A stretch of DNA of 64,000 nucleotides from positions 10,310 through 74,309 of the forward strand of contig NZEV01000035.1 of the NCBI GenBank assembly GCA_002690495.1. The letters are read 5' to 3'. The position numbers and the translations under genes were made by a program. Source of the stretch: Legionellales bacterium (lineage in GTDB: Bacteria; Pseudomonadota; Gammaproteobacteria; Comchoanobacterales; Comchoanobacteraceae). Under the pieces are notes generated by a model, which saw only the letters and a list, made by a program, of their open reading frames with translations, was not told the origin of the DNA and did not search any database. Below, piece by piece: positions 47,486 through 56,550 of this stretch. Each line of letters starts with the position of its first letter. Within the stretch, counting starts at the first letter, position 1.

Positions 47486-48700
47486 CTAAAAATTCTCTTC
47501 GAACATCTGTTTGATGCGACCGAACAATCCTGTATTAATTTGTTGATCTTGACATAGATTCATTGTGTTATCAACAGTATGCGTCTGTTGGAAGATCCCT
47601 GCAAGCGCTGAAAATCTTGGGGAGGCTAACCCTTCGCCCCATTTTTCAGAACTTGGCTCACCAATCATAACAGGGACACCGCAGATCAACTCAGCCATCT
47701 CTGTACAGCCTGGCAGCATCGAACCACCACCAGTAAGTACAATTCCCGCAGACAACTGGTCTTTTAAATCATATTTAATCATTTGTGCTTTAATAGATGA
47801 AAATATATCTTGGTATCTTGCCTCGATGATTTCATTTAGCCACTTAGATCCGACAGATCGATTGACTCTGGATGCATTAATCATGAGTGACTCGTCTGCT
47901 GCATTATCACCTAGCATCACCCCATGACCTCTTTTTAATCTCTCAGCTTCCTGTACTGGAATTCTTAATGCAATAGCAATATCTGAGGTGACATGCTCAC
48001 TCCCAATCGGAATGACATGAGTATACTGGACACCTCCACCGATGTAACAGACCATGGAACTCATACCAGCACCAATATCAATCATTGCTACACCCAAGTC
48101 TTTATCCTCAGCAGTTAATACACTGTTGGCACTTGCAAGCCCAGTAAACGTAGCCGTTTGAGGAATGACACCACATCGACTGATCGCTTTTTGTATATTT
48201 TGCGAAATCGTTTGTGATCCCATAATCAGATGGACATTTGCCTCAAGTCGAACACCGGACATTCCCATTGGACGGCGTATCTCTTTTTGATCATCAATAA
48301 TATATTCTTGTGGAATCACATGAAGCACATTTAAATCAGCAGGTGTCTTAACTGCTTGAGCAGCATCTAATACTCGATTTAAATCACCCTGATCCACTTC
48401 GCCATCTTTAATCGCAACGACACCGTGTGAATTGACACCCTGAATATTCATGCCAGAAATACCATAATGCGCTCTTCTAGTCTTAGAGTTAGTTTGCGCA
48501 TCGAGCTCGGAGATGACCTCATAGATACACTCTGAAGCAGCTTCTAAATTTACAATCCCGCTTTTTTTAACACCGTAGGAACACTTCTCAGCAACTCCTT
48601 TAAGCACCATTTCACCATTCACAATAGAGACGCTTGCGGCACGAACAGTCGCATTACCAACATCAATGGCTGTAATTAATTGTTTTGAACTAAATCTCAT
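47486..48700 (-). CDS. ftsA: cell division protein FtsA
   Basis: Actin-like ATPase motifs (AIDVGNATVR; MIDIGAGMSS; VLTGGGSMLPG). Located between ftsQ and ftsZ. Confidence 0.93.
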   Translation of the reverse strand: MRFSSKQLITAIDVGNATVRAASVSIVNGEMVLKGVAEKCSYGVKKSGIVNLEAASECIYEVISELDAQTNSKTRRAHYGISGMNIQGVNSHGVVAIKDGEVDQGDLNRVLDAAQAVKTPADLNVLHVIPQEYIIDDQKEIRRPMGMSGVRLEANVHLIMGSQTISQNIQKAISRCGVIPQTATFTGLASANSVLTAEDKDLGVAMIDIGAGMSSMVCYIGGGVQYTHVIPIGSEHVTSDIAIALRIPVQEAERLKRGHGVMLGDNAADESLMINASRVNRSVGSKWLNEIIEARYQDIFSSIKAQMIKYDLKDQLSAGIVLTGGGSMLPGCTEMAELICGVPVMIGEPSSEKWGEGLASPRFSALAGIFQQTHTVDNTMNLCQDQQINTGLFGRIKQMFEENF

Positions 48701-48754
48701 GATCTTTACCTCTATAGCAGTGATATTAACCGATTAAAAAATTATGTAAAGATG

Positions 48755-49402
48755 TTAAAGAGGATTTTTACTGATCGCAAACGCTTTCGGATATCTAAAA
48801 TCAACTCGCCCCCACCGCTTATTTGACAATGTTAACTTGGTCAGAATTTTTTTGCAAACTTTCACGCGATTATCTAAGTCATTGGTACCAAATATGAATG
48901 AACGATGATTTGGCAGCTCAACAATCCAGTCAGCTGATCTTTGTTGATAGATGCGTATAGGCCATAGCTGAACTCTTTTTAAGTCCTCTTCGAGCTCATC
49001 TAAAAACCAAGTACTTTGTTCTAGCTGAGACACTGGGGCATCGATGACAGGCAAGTCTTTAGGGATATCACTTGCATTTGGGAAAAATAAGGCCCCCTCA
49101 TCACTAATCACCCCTCCAAAACGCCAGATTGCTCTTGGACGATGCTCTTTCACCTCGATGAATACATTATTAAAATCCTGGCGCATTAAAGTTAAATGGT
49201 TTGTCCAGGGTGAATTTTTAATCCAGCGTGCCACGGTTAATGAATCTTTTGTGCGATTTAGCTCCTGATTCATCTTTGTAATATCAAGATGTTGGGCACC
49301 GGAAATAAAATAATCAGTTCTAGAAGTATCTTCGATTGCATGATACAAAAAAATTAAAAGTCCAATTAAAAGTGGGAAAACACGTAACATCAAAATTACC
49401 AT
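48755..49402 (-). CDS. ftsQ: cell division protein FtsQ (short form)
   Basis: Single N-terminal TM, then POTRA-like and FtsQ-type regions. It lies immediately upstream of ftsA. At 215 aa it is shorter than the E. coli protein. Confidence 0.7.
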   Translation of the reverse strand: MVILMLRVFPLLIGLLIFLYHAIEDTSRTDYFISGAQHLDITKMNQELNRTKDSLTVARWIKNSPWTNHLTLMRQDFNNVFIEVKEHRPRAIWRFGGVISDEGALFFPNASDIPKDLPVIDAPVSQLEQSTWFLDELEEDLKRVQLWPIRIYQQRSADWIVELPNHRSFIFGTNDLDNRVKVCKKILTKLTLSNKRWGRVDFRYPKAFAISKNPL

Positions 49403-49502
49403 AGCATGGTTGAAAATGTTTTTAAAATTTTACGCGAATTTATTGACAATTTGCTCCTAACCATTCTATCTTCAGTAGAGTGTGTTCATAGGAGTATTCA
49501 AG

Positions 49503-50237
49503 GTGTTTAAGAAAATTCTTTTTGTTTGTATTAGTGTGTTATTTACTCAGTCTTACGCTGTAGAATATAATTTAGAAGATCAACAAACGACATCCTCATA
49601 CTCGAACTTTGTCAGAGTTGGGATCGCCGAATACTATCCATCCATCAACGGGCAAACGGATAAGACAACGCCCCTTATTGATGCGGTGATCAAAAGTTTC
49701 AATCAAAGTCATCTTAACGTCATACTCTCCCACTACGATAATCAATGGGGACATGTCTTAAATGATTTAAGAAGTGGTAAAATCGATGCCTCCCTGTGGT
49801 GGTTTAAAACAGCAGCGCGAGAAAAAGAATTTTTATTTTCAGACAAACCTGTAGTCACCATTCAAACCTATATGATTGGTCTAAAATCTAACTCTAAACT
49901 CCGTACTTTATCAAGCCAAGTTACTCCGACGGCAAAAGAGCTAAGCCCTTTTTCATTGGGCATGGTCACTAACTTTTATGAACCAAGCATTACAGACCCA
50001 ATGCAAAAAGTTCAAGTTCAAAATGAACAAGAACTCTTTTCTGGATTGCAAAAAGGACAGTACGATCTTATTTTCAGTAATCAAGACACAGCTCTAAAAT
50101 ACATCAATTTATCCGATCTTATGCTCATTCCTGTTGAAAAAAAATCAGGCTATATGATGTTTTCAAAAAACTCAGAGAGAGATCGTGATGGAATGCTTCA
50201 ACAAATTTTTGACTACAACTTTAAAATGCCATCATAA
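49503..50237 (+). CDS. secreted periplasmic-binding-protein-like protein (family 3 solute-binding fold, tentative)
   Basis: GTG 49503 lies behind AGGAG (49490-49494) and gives a signal peptide (FKKILFVCISVLFTQSYA). The pattern GKIDASLWWFKTAAREKEFLFSDKPV resembles type 2 solute-binding proteins. No transporter genes are adjacent. Confidence 0.45.
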   Translation: MFKKILFVCISVLFTQSYAVEYNLEDQQTTSSYSNFVRVGIAEYYPSINGQTDKTTPLIDAVIKSFNQSHLNVILSHYDNQWGHVLNDLRSGKIDASLWWFKTAAREKEFLFSDKPVVTIQTYMIGLKSNSKLRTLSSQVTPTAKELSPFSLGMVTNFYEPSITDPMQKVQVQNEQELFSGLQKGQYDLIFSNQDTALKYINLSDLMLIPVEKKSGYMMFSKNSERDRDGMLQQIFDYNFKMPS

Positions 50238-52409
50238 CATTTCTAAGTTGGCATATTGAAGCAGCAACCACTTGACTCCAGCCTGCTTAAATTTGACCTG
50301 AACACGGCCTTCCTCTAAATCACCTTCGCAGTTCAATACCACTCCTTCTCCAAATTTAGGATGCCTTACTCGTCTTCCCAATCCATATTGAGACTGATTT
50401 GGTGCAGGTATTGAGGATCTTTGTGAGGATTTTGAATATCCTTGAGTCATTGTAGAATCATTACTTCGACCAAGACGAATCTCTTCTAAATATTCTTTAG
50501 GGATTTCCTCTAAAAACCGAGATGGTCTTTGGTAAGCTTCATGACCAAATACACGCCGTACTTCTGCGTAAGTGATACAGAGCTTTTTCATCGCTCGGGT
50601 CATCCCCACATAACACAGACGCCTTTCTTCCTCAAGACGATCTGGGTCAGACGCTGACATTTTATGAGGGAACAACCCCTCTTCAAGTCCTAATAAAAAG
50701 ACCATAGGAAACTCTAAACCTTTTGCAGCATGCAAGGTCATTAGCTGTACTCCATGAGTCGCACCCTTATGCTCACTTTCTCCTGTATCTAAAGCAATTT
50801 GACCAAGAAAATCGACCATGCTAGGCGAATCCTGATGATCTTCAAACTGTTTTGCCGCATTCACTAATTCAAATAAGTTTTCTATTTTCGCTAAATTTTT
50901 ATCTGTTTTCTCTGACTCTAACATTGCCATCAATCCACTCTGACGAATCGTGATTTCTGCGGCTTGATCAATAGATAATCCCTCTACTTTTTCAACTAAC
51001 TCTGAGCGTAAATCAACAAATGAGGTCACAGCTGACAGTGCTCTAGACGGAAAACGCTGATCTTTGATTAAAGCTTGCAACGATGACCACATAGACACTT
51101 GCTCTAATCGTGCATGATCTCTAATGATTTCTAGTGTTTGATGTCCAATACCTCGGGTCGGTGTATTGATGACTCTTTCAAATGCGGCATCATCATGAGG
51201 GTTTACAATTAAACGCATATAAGCAATGGCATCTTTAATTTCGGCACGATCAAAAAACCTTAACCCTCCGTAAATTCTATATGGAATTTGATTTTGAACC
51301 AATTGATCCTCAATAACCCTTGATTGGGCATTGGATCTATAGAGAATGGCTACATCTTCTAATTTTCGATCCTGATTGACCCATGAGGATAACTGATGCG
51401 CAACAAACTTAGCTTCATCATATTCATTAAAAGCACGGTAAATTGTAATCTTGTCACCCTGTTGTGATTCAGTCCAAAGTTTTTTACCCATACGATTACT
51501 ATTAAAGTGGATGACTTCATTCGCTGCTGCAAGAATATTCCCGGTGGAACGATAATTTTGCTCTAAGCGACTAATCATCGCACCTTTAAAGTCCTGTTCA
51601 AAAATGAAAATATTCTCGACCTTGGCACCTCTCCAACTATAAATGGACTGATCATCATCACCAACTGCCATTAAATGGGCTCCACCTTGCGTCAAGAGCT
51701 TCAGCCATTCATACTGCAATGCATTCGTGTCTTGGAACTCGTCCACTAAGATATGCTGAAATCTTTGTTGATAATGATGTTGCAACTCTAAATTATCCCT
51801 TAACAGTTCAAATGTTCTTAATAACAACTCCGTAAAATCAACTAATCCGCTCGTCTTACATAAAGACTCGTATCGCTCATATACTTTCAGCATTTGTTTA
51901 TTGTACGGATTTTGATCCACCTTCACAGATGCTGCTCTTTGACCTTGTTCTTTATGGTGATTGATAAAGCTTTGTGTTTTCTTCGCCGGCCATTTTTCCT
52001 CATCCATATTAAATTCTTTATGGAGCTTTTTGATTAATCTTTGTTGATCATCACTATCCATGATTTGGAAAGTCGATGGTAACCCAGCAGCCTCAGTATG
52101 ATAACGTAACAACCGATGACATAAACTATGGAACGTACCAATCCAAATATCCTGTAACCGTGTTCCAAGCGCACTTTCTACTCGTGAACGCAATTCATTT
52201 GCAGCTTTATTGGTAAATGTCACAGCAAGAATATTGAATGGAGAAACCTGTTTTTGACTCACTAAATAGGCAATCCTGCTCACTAAAACTCGGGTCTTGC
52301 CACTGCCAGCACCAGCTAATACTAAATGGTGTGAAAATGGGGAACAAACAACATCCTTTTGTTGTGGATTTAACTGATCAATTTGGTCTGAGCTGGATTC
52401 TGCAATCAT
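50232..52409 (-). CDS. uvrD: DNA helicase II (UvrD/PcrA type)
   Basis: LNPQQKDVV...LVLAGAGSGKTRVL (motif I), ILVDEFQDTN (motif II), and the C-terminal HPKFGEGVVL Tudor-like tail typical of UvrD/PcrA rather than Rep. Confidence 0.9.
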   Translation of the reverse strand: MIAESSSDQIDQLNPQQKDVVCSPFSHHLVLAGAGSGKTRVLVSRIAYLVSQKQVSPFNILAVTFTNKAANELRSRVESALGTRLQDIWIGTFHSLCHRLLRYHTEAAGLPSTFQIMDSDDQQRLIKKLHKEFNMDEEKWPAKKTQSFINHHKEQGQRAASVKVDQNPYNKQMLKVYERYESLCKTSGLVDFTELLLRTFELLRDNLELQHHYQQRFQHILVDEFQDTNALQYEWLKLLTQGGAHLMAVGDDDQSIYSWRGAKVENIFIFEQDFKGAMISRLEQNYRSTGNILAAANEVIHFNSNRMGKKLWTESQQGDKITIYRAFNEYDEAKFVAHQLSSWVNQDRKLEDVAILYRSNAQSRVIEDQLVQNQIPYRIYGGLRFFDRAEIKDAIAYMRLIVNPHDDAAFERVINTPTRGIGHQTLEIIRDHARLEQVSMWSSLQALIKDQRFPSRALSAVTSFVDLRSELVEKVEGLSIDQAAEITIRQSGLMAMLESEKTDKNLAKIENLFELVNAAKQFEDHQDSPSMVDFLGQIALDTGESEHKGATHGVQLMTLHAAKGLEFPMVFLLGLEEGLFPHKMSASDPDRLEEERRLCYVGMTRAMKKLCITYAEVRRVFGHEAYQRPSRFLEEIPKEYLEEIRLGRSNDSTMTQGYSKSSQRSSIPAPNQSQYGLGRRVRHPKFGEGVVLNCEGDLEEGRVQVKFKQAGVKWLLLQYANLEML

Positions 52410-52482
52410 TTCTTATCCTTAAATTACTATCATAAAATGATTCTAATGATAGCGCAATGATTTCTCTCTGACAGAGGTGAAT

Positions 52483-53835
52483 CTACTGCCAATACCAAAG
52501 TGTTTGAGTGGTAGTGTCCTCGATCACTATCCCTTTTTCTAGAAGTGAGGCTCTAATTTCATCTGCCTTTTGATAATTTTTTGCTGCTTTCGCATCTGCT
52601 CTTAAAGCAATTTGTGCTTCAATATCATCCACTGTCACTTTTGGATTTTTTGGACGCCATTGTCTCAGATCTTGATCTCCAAACCCAAGTAAATGACAGG
52701 CACTGACAAGCCGATGATGATATTGAGAGTCTCCATTTAAGATGGATTTAACCCACCCTTGAATGAGACTAAATGCTTTAGGCGTATTCAAATCATCAGC
52801 CAAAGCATCCAATAATGCTTCATCCATCATTAATTTAGAGTCCTGAACTGGAAACGCATTGAGCGCAAGATGCAGCTTTCTACACGCCTGTTTAGCTAAA
52901 GATAGCGTTTCATCGCTCCAATCTAAAGGACGTCGATAATGAGTCGACAGCACCGCATATCGAATTGCTTCACCTGGTGCATCATCAAGAAGATCAGCAA
53001 CATACAAGACATTACCAATTGACTTTGACATTTTCTCTTTGGCAACATGAATCAGCCCATTATGCATCCAAAAATTACAATAATCATGACAACCAGTTGC
53101 TGCACATCCTTGAGCAACCTCATTTTCGTGATGTGGAAACAGTAAATCAATGCCACCACCATGAATATCAAACGGTAACCCCACATGCTTTTTTATCATG
53201 GCGGTACATTCAATATGCCAGCCTGGTCGACCTTGACCCCAAGGGCTATCCCAATATGGATCAGGAGACTGAGACGGTTTCCAAAGTACAAAATCTTGCG
53301 CAGAATGTTTATAATCTTCTACTTCTACTCTAGCCCCCTCAATCTGCTCAGTTAATGTTCGATGAGATAAACGACCATACTCTGGGAAGCTTGGGACAGA
53401 AAAAAGCACATGGCCTTTTGCAACGTAAGCATGACCTTTATCGATCAGTTGCTGGATCATATGTATCATTTCTGGGATATGATCAGTTGCTTTTACTTCC
53501 AGATCTAAAGGTAAGCAATTTAAAGCTGACATGTCTTCATGGAAATATTTCAACATGGTTGAAGTGAGGGTTTTGATATCGATATTCTGCTCTTGACTTG
53601 CCTTATTAATTTTATCATCGACATCGGTCACATTACCAACATAAGTCAACTTAGGATAGACATGTCGAAGAAAACGAGACAAAACATCAAACACAATCCG
53701 AGGTCTTGCGTTTCCAATATGTGGCCTTGCATAGACGGTTGGACCACACACATACATTTTCACATGCTCAGGATCAATAGGATTAAAACGTTCTTTTTGC
53801 TTTGTTTTAGAATGATAAAGATGAATGTCTTGCAT
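52483..53835 (-). CDS. cysS: cysteine--tRNA ligase
   Basis: MYVCGPTVYARPHIGNAR (HIGH), WHIECTAM zinc/cysteine-binding region, and KMSKSIGN (KMSKS). Confidence 0.95.
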   Translation of the reverse strand: MQDIHLYHSKTKQKERFNPIDPEHVKMYVCGPTVYARPHIGNARPRIVFDVLSRFLRHVYPKLTYVGNVTDVDDKINKASQEQNIDIKTLTSTMLKYFHEDMSALNCLPLDLEVKATDHIPEMIHMIQQLIDKGHAYVAKGHVLFSVPSFPEYGRLSHRTLTEQIEGARVEVEDYKHSAQDFVLWKPSQSPDPYWDSPWGQGRPGWHIECTAMIKKHVGLPFDIHGGGIDLLFPHHENEVAQGCAATGCHDYCNFWMHNGLIHVAKEKMSKSIGNVLYVADLLDDAPGEAIRYAVLSTHYRRPLDWSDETLSLAKQACRKLHLALNAFPVQDSKLMMDEALLDALADDLNTPKAFSLIQGWVKSILNGDSQYHHRLVSACHLLGFGDQDLRQWRPKNPKVTVDDIEAQIALRADAKAAKNYQKADEIRASLLEKGIVIEDTTTQTLWYWQ

Positions 53836-53846
53836 AGACCTTAAAA

Positions 53847-55133
53847 CTATTTATCACCACGCATTGCATCAAAGAAATCTTTATTGCTGTTGGTCGCTCT
53901 CAAACGTTCAATTAAAAACTCCACAGCAGAATGGTCTTCAAGGGTTTGGAGGTATTTACGTAATACCCACATTTTCTTAAGCTCATCTTCACTAGTGATT
54001 TTCTCCTCTCTTCGAGTACCACAAGCTTTCACATTCAAGGCTGGCCAGAGGTGTTTTTGAGCAACAGCACGACTTAAGTGTATTTCTGAGTTACCTGTAC
54101 CCTTAAATTCCTCGTAAATGATCTCATCCATCTTAGAACCTGTTTCAACAAGCACAGTCGCAATGATTGTCAAACTGCCTCCTTCTTCAAGATTCCTTGC
54201 AGCACTCAGGAAGCGTCTTGGACGTTGTAACGCATTCGCATCAACCCCACCTGTTAGCACTTTACCAGAGGTTGGCGTCACTGTATTATATGCTCTTGCT
54301 AATCGTGTTAAGGAATCTAATAGAATCACTACATCCTTTTTTTGTTCGACTAAGCGCTTTGCTTTATTTAGGACCATTTCAGCAACTTGAACATGCCTTG
54401 CAGCAGGCTCATCAAAAGTACTTGCGATGACTTCAGCATCAACAGAGCGACGCATTTCAGTCACTTCTTCAGGCCGTTCATCAATACCTAACGCAATCAA
54501 ATGACACTCAGGATGTTGCGCTAAAATAGAGTGTGCAATTGTTTGCAGTAGCATGGTTTTACCAGCCTTAGGTGGTGCAACAATCAGTGCACGTTGACCT
54601 TTACCAATAGGTGCTAATAAATCTACCGCACGATTAGTAATATCTTCTCGACTGTTATTATTGCGTGGCAACTTGATGCGTTCACATGGAAAAATTGGTG
54701 TTAGACTTTCAAAGTCAACCGTATGCTTATTGTTTTCTGGCGCAAATCCACCACATTGCTCAACCTGAGCAAGTGCAAAATAACGCTCTCCCTCTTTAGG
54801 AGGTCTCACTTTCCCTAACACTAAATCACCATTTCTCAAAGAAAATCGTTTAATTTGATTGGGAGAAACATAGATATCATCTGGTTCACTACGATATGAA
54901 TTACAAGCGGATCTTAAAAAACCATACCCGCCATCTTGAATAATATCCAATACACCCTCACCTTGGAATTCAATATCATCTTTATTACGATTTAACCTTT
55001 TAAGATAATTAAAAACCATGTCTGATTTTTTGTTTCTAAAATTTTCAATCCCTATCTCAGCCATCATCTCACGAAGGACATGGATCGGTTTATTTTTGAT
55101 TTCATTAATGTTAACAATTGTTTTTGCGTTCAT
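53847..55133 (-). CDS. rho: transcription termination factor Rho
   Basis: N-terminal RNA-binding domain (GEGVLDIIQDGGYGFLR), Walker A APPKAGKT, and RLARAYN. 428 aa. Confidence 0.96.
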   Translation of the reverse strand: MNAKTIVNINEIKNKPIHVLREMMAEIGIENFRNKKSDMVFNYLKRLNRNKDDIEFQGEGVLDIIQDGGYGFLRSACNSYRSEPDDIYVSPNQIKRFSLRNGDLVLGKVRPPKEGERYFALAQVEQCGGFAPENNKHTVDFESLTPIFPCERIKLPRNNNSREDITNRAVDLLAPIGKGQRALIVAPPKAGKTMLLQTIAHSILAQHPECHLIALGIDERPEEVTEMRRSVDAEVIASTFDEPAARHVQVAEMVLNKAKRLVEQKKDVVILLDSLTRLARAYNTVTPTSGKVLTGGVDANALQRPRRFLSAARNLEEGGSLTIIATVLVETGSKMDEIIYEEFKGTGNSEIHLSRAVAQKHLWPALNVKACGTRREEKITSEDELKKMWVLRKYLQTLEDHSAVEFLIERLRATNSNKDFFDAMRGDK

Positions 55134-55141
55134 TTTTGTTC

Positions 55142-55459
55142 CTATGTTAAATATGTTTCGATAAACTCAACTAATTGTGCTTTAGACATCGCACCAATTT
55201 TACTTCCAACTAATTCTCCTTGATTAAAAATCATCAGTGCAGGTATCCCTCTCACCCCAAACTTTGCAGGGGATTCCTTATTTTCGTCAACATTACATTT
55301 CACAATCTTGAGCTTATCACCAAAATCTTTTGCCACTTCTTCGAGTATGGGAGCAATCATTTTACATGGCCCACACCATGGTGCCCAAAAATCGACTAAA
55401 ACCAGCTTATCATCATCAAGCACAACAGATTTAAATTCAGAATCATTTACAGAAATCAT
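55142..55459 (-). CDS. trxA: thioredoxin
   Basis: 105 aa. VDFWAPWCGPCKMIAP active site. AAGGTGAT SD lies upstream. Confidence 0.95.
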   Translation of the reverse strand: MISVNDSEFKSVVLDDDKLVLVDFWAPWCGPCKMIAPILEEVAKDFGDKLKIVKCNVDENKESPAKFGVRGIPALMIFNQGELVGSKIGAMSKAQLVEFIETYLT

Positions 55460-55717
55460 TTATCACCTTAAGGAATTGTTTATAAATATACGGCTTATTG
55501 CCTCATTGAAAGTATTTTAATTATATGAACCAATTTTTTCGTTGTCAAGCATACCCACAGATAGATGCACACCTTAAACATAAATTAGTCCGTACAATAA
55601 TATGATGAATGACACACAAGATCGTAAGATAATACTAGCTTTTCTATAGATTAAATATCACCATAGCAACCAACAGCTCAGGATTTACTTTGATTACAGC
55701 CTCTATCGACATGATTT

Positions 55718-55742
55718 TGATCTGATCTCTTACATCAGATCA
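55718..55742 (-). terminator. perfect 9-bp inverted repeat (TGATCTGAT-N7-ATCAGATCA) about 50 nt downstream of proC; weak candidate terminator or protein-binding palindrome
   Basis: The arms at 55718-55726 and 55734-55742 are exact reverse complements. The stem is AT-rich and no U-run follows on the minus strand, so intrinsic-terminator function is doubtful. Confidence 0.2.
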
Positions 55743-55791
55743 GGACACTTATTTGCTATAAAATATTACAATGTCCAAACATCAAACAAAA

Positions 55792-56550
55792 TCACTCAAT
55801 AGCACGACTACGTTCGAGTGCGGCAGTAATCGTTTGATCAAGCAGCTTATCGAGCTCAGAGTTCAGATGCACCAGCCCCTCTTGAGTAATCCCTCCTTTT
55901 GATGCAACACGCTGCATTGCCTCTTCTGGAGCATATTGGCCTAGTAAATCTAAAGCTGCTATCAATGCATTTTTGAGCATAGATTCACATATTGAATGAG
56001 AGAGAGCTTGCTCTCCTTGACTCAATAAACCTTGATAAAATCTGATAAAAAAAGCCGGTGCACTTCCAAGAAACACTGTCGCAGCATGCATTGAAGACTC
56101 TGCTTCTAACCAACATGTTTGACCTAGCCCCTGAAAGAGTTCATTAATGTAATCAAGATGAATTTTTGTTTCAGCTTCACTGTAAAGCGCAGTCAACCCA
56201 GCTTGTTGGGCCACTGCCAAATTTGGCATGGCTCGAACGATCGTCTGATTCGAGAAATATTGCTTTAAAGTAGCGACACTGATGCCTGCTAACACTGACA
56301 CAATCAGAGACGATGCTAAATATGGCATTAATGGGGCTATAGCGTCTTGTACCTGATGAGGTTTCACTGCAATGATGAGTATATCGATCTGACACTGGGC
56401 ATGAAATGGCGTTACATCATACTGCTGAGCAACATTTAGTGTCCGTGCTTTTGTTCGTCCTTGAATACATAATCCATGTTTAAGTCCTGATGCAATTAAA
56501 CCTTGTATTAAAGACTGGCCCATATTGCCAAGTCCCAGTATACAGATCAA
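55792..56550 (-). CDS. proC: pyrroline-5-carboxylate reductase
   Basis: ICILGLGNMGQSLIQGL NADP fold, and C-terminal VASKGGITQEGL matching the P5CR signature (SPGGTT-like). 4-nt overlap with pckA. Confidence 0.85.
   Translation of the reverse strand: MICILGLGNMGQSLIQGLIASGLKHGLCIQGRTKARTLNVAQQYDVTPFHAQCQIDILIIAVKPHQVQDAIAPLMPYLASSLIVSVLAGISVATLKQYFSNQTIVRAMPNLAVAQQAGLTALYSEAETKIHLDYINELFQGLGQTCWLEAESSMHAATVFLGSAPAFFIRFYQGLLSQGEQALSHSICESMLKNALIAALDLLGQYAPEEAMQRVASKGGITQEGLVHLNSELDKLLDQTITAALERSRAIE

Noticed and set aside
47565-47927. 120-aa plus-strand ORF inside ftsA
   Set aside because: It is antisense to a clear ftsA gene and has no motif or independent start signal.
52965-53844. Three plus-strand ORFs (122, 70 and 83 aa) inside cysS
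   Set aside because: They are antisense to cysS, whose HIGH and KMSKS motifs are intact. They are chance open frames.
55525-55605. 26-codon plus-strand ORF (MNQFFRCQAYPQIDAHLKHKLVRTII) in the proC-trxA spacer
   Set aside because: It has no Shine-Dalgarno and no recognisable peptide family, and it is of a size expected by chance. It is mentioned only as part of the long-spacer observation.
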